Source: Octopus vulgaris
Taxonomy: Eukaryota
DNA length: 64,000 bases
Reading direction: 5' to 3'
Assembly: GCA_951406725.2 (NCBI GenBank)
Contig: OX597818.1
Coordinates: 3,410,001-3,474,000, forward strand
The position numbers and the translations under genes were made by a program. Below the pieces are notes generated by a model. The model was given only the letters and a program-made list of their open reading frames with translations. It did no database searches and was not told where the DNA came from. Positions 61,307-64,000 of this stretch are shown piece by piece. How positions within the stretch are numbered: position 1 is the first letter of the stretch; the number at the start of each line of letters is the position of its first letter.

Positions 61307-63830
61307 CTAGCAGATACCCGGCGTTGCCTGTGTTACATGCACTTGAAGAATTAGACCTGTCTGTTATATTTTCTCAAATTAACTGGAATACCTATGATTC
61401 GAATTTCATCAAAATTGCGGATGAGAGTTCTTTCCCTCTTTACCCACCCTAAAAAAATTCTAATCATGACACATGTATCCTATACTAATGATCTTTATGC
61501 ACAGATTCCAAAAATGCCAGTCTTATGGAACCTGTTAAAAGGATTTTGCTCCTGAAAAATGGAGGTCATTGAGCTCTAAAATGTGGGAGTTAAGGCCACT
61601 ATTGGGGGTGGGTGTCTTAATGTCAACAAGAGAAGTTGAATTGTTGAGAATCTTTTTAACTTGGTTCTTATATCTATTGTTTGAATTTCTTTGAAATAGG
61701 AAATATATGTTCACTGGGTTTGTAAAAGAGAGCAAAGCTACAGGAAACCAAAAGACGAATGATCACAATAAGCAGTCAGCTACCCTACCCTAGTCGTTAA
61801 CACTCCCAATGTAGAATTCCTCACCATACAGGCGCCAGGCATATCTGTAAGGTGCATTACGGATCTATAGCAATTGGAAGGGCATAACCCAACTCAAATA
61901 AATATTAACAACTGTGTGACGTGAGAGTTAAGGAGAAATGAAAGTGTCACTTCTGGAGTTTGCAAATGACCACTATAGCAATAGGTAACTGGACAGAATA
62001 AATTTACAATCTATAAATGCCATTGAATAACCAGTCAGTCATCTGGGAAGGCCTTGAAATCAATGTTACCATCTGTGGACTACGTGTGACCCAGTGATAA
62101 TAAAAAGACTGAAAGGAGGTCTGCAACTAAATAACTTTACTCAACACTTTGCAAGAAGATGAAATTTTAGAAATATTACTTCATTTGTGTCTAATATCTA
62201 TGGTTAAAATTTTTCAACAGCCAAAATATATGAATTGTCATGGGGGTTATGGTCCTTGTGAGTTGAATATAATTTCCAAATTTCGTAAAGATCCATTCAG
62301 TACTTTTGACCTAGTTTGGGATAATAAAAGAAATTACTAAAATTTGGGAGTTAGGGCCCCCATTAGGGGGGAATTACAACCGTGTTTCGTGGTCTGCTAC
62401 CACAACAGGATCCAGTTAGCTCAAGACATCATCAGGAGGAACCACGTCCGGTTTCGGCCCCTACTCCTCTACCGTTTTGACGTGGCGGGGCCCCCCTTTC
62501 GGAGGTGTCTTCAGCTTTGGTGTTTGGTGCATGTCTTCTTTCTTCTTTTTTCTTCTGTTCCCTGGCCTCTTCGATGTATCGTCAGCGAGTGTCAGCCGGT
62601 GACTGACTGTCTTGTCAAATTTCTCCCTTTAAATACCTGCCGCACAGGCTCCAGCAGGCAGCCCTAGCAAGTTGTCACGTGACACTGTCTCACCTTAACT
62701 GACTAGTGAAGGCGCGTAGTTTTAGCCCGCGCTTTTTCTAAACGACCGTCATCTGTCAGTCAGTGAAGCTGATTCAGTCAGCTTGTCTCACCTAATGATG
62801 TTATTTCCCGTCGGCGTGTTTATGACTTTCAAGCCATTTTCGGTCTTCCCGCTTCAGCCATATATAGAAGCTGGCTTTTTCAACCGCCTCCTGTACTCTG
62901 CTTATTAGTTTACGCAGCTCGGGGCTAGAAAAAACAAATCTTCTTTTGAAAAGCGTTGTCATTTTCTTTTCAATGAAGCCTCTAGCCCCCATTGCCAGGT
63001 AATAATATTTGACATTCCATCCCTGTTCTCTGCATTCTTCGATTAGCTTTTCATACCTCTTCTCCTTTCGTTCCTCTGCATTGCCGATGTTCTCTTCCCA
63101 AGGCTCTGTCAGTTCTAGCAAAATTCCCATTCTCCGGTCTCTGTTCCATAGCACTAAGTCCGGTCTTTTTGTTGTTTTTATTAGTGGAAATACTACTTGT
63201 CTTTCCAAGTCCGTGGCCACCTCCCAGTATCCCTTCCATCTTTCGTCTATCTCGTATACTTTCCTTGTAGGCCTGGTTTTATAACCTTTTCCCTCCTTGT
63301 GGAAGTATACTTTCCTGCACTTTTCTCTCCCCTATTGTACCTCTCGATCTTCTCCTTGAGTGCTGCGCTTATGACACCGAGGACTTGATTATGCCGCCAT
63401 GTATTTCTTTCAAGTGCTAGTTTGCAACCTGACAGAACATGTCTAACCGTCGCTTTCTCTCCGCATCTACACTCATCGGTTTTGTTTATGTTCCAACGGA
63501 CTTCGCCGGTGAGGGTAGAATGTCGAAGGTAGACTTGATCAGGAAGGATGTTCTTGCTTGTTCCCAAGCCCAAAGTTCCTTCCATGATATTCTTAGAATC
63601 CTCATGTGAAGTGGAAATTTTGAGAATACTTCTTGATGTGTGTCAATTACCCATGGTTGAAATTTCATCAACATTCAAAATTTATGAATTTTCATGGGGG
63701 TTCTGCCCCCTTTAAGCCATCTGAAATTCAAACCAAGCATATTGAATTATACCCGCCCTTATGCATTGAATCTAAGTTTCAAATATCATAAGGATCCATT
63801 CAGTAATTTTGGTCCATGAAATTGTATGAA
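61307..63830 (-). mobile_element. Non-autonomous Helitron-like repeat (3' end at 61307) with repeated internal units, interrupted by a LINE
   Basis: CTAG at 61307-61310 plus ACCCGGCGTTGCC hairpin remnant; 62205-62310 resembles 63660-63815. Confidence 0.55.
62370..63610 (-). mobile_element. 5'-truncated HERO-like (R2-group, REL endonuclease) non-LTR retrotransposon
   Basis: SFLIKSTFDILPSP...CRCG...HVLSGC...WRHNQVL; RPDLVLW...ELTEPWEE...K...Y; GARGF; ASFYIWLKR. Confidence 0.88.
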
Positions 63831-63871
63831 ACACACAGCATTACCCTTCTTGGCTTGTTTTATGTGTGTGC

Positions 63872-63873
<2 letters not shown>

Positions 63874-63947
<74 letters not shown>
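63874..63947. repeat. (TA)n microsatellite
   Basis: Direct reading. Confidence 0.95.
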
Positions 63948-64000
63948 AAAAAGATAGATTGATAGATACAACTGTGTATGTATACATGTATATGAGTAGA

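Overview
Eukaryotic, gene-free, transposon-saturated 64-kb window. The tRNA-derived SINE families and microsatellites resemble those of octopus/cephalopod genomes (recognition only, not database-confirmed). I found no intact host gene; nearly every long ORF is a frameshifted or stop-interrupted TE remnant. Content: four Ty3/Gypsy proviruses (all on the - strand), a TGTAG...CTACA solo-LTR family, L1/Tx1-like LINEs, R4/Dong-, HERO-, RTE- and CR1-like LINEs, a Penelope GIY-YIG remnant, two Helitron RepHel/Pif1 remnants plus non-autonomous Helitron ends, MULE and hAT-like DNA transposons, and SINEs. Many insertions are nested and have readable TSDs. Best leads: (1) a Gypsy LTR carries a 45-bp tandem array of histone-mRNA-type 3' stem-loops downstream of its TATA box and has no AATAAA there, suggesting SLBP/histone-type 3'-end mimicry by a retrotransposon; (2) a non-circularly permuted hammerhead-like RNA and a U3-A8 minimal hammerhead in Penelope-type sequence; (3) a SINE/LINE pair sharing a covarying 3' stem-loop; (4) a strong minus-strand TE bias compatible with a uni-strand piRNA cluster. 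Coordinates of decayed element ends are approximate.
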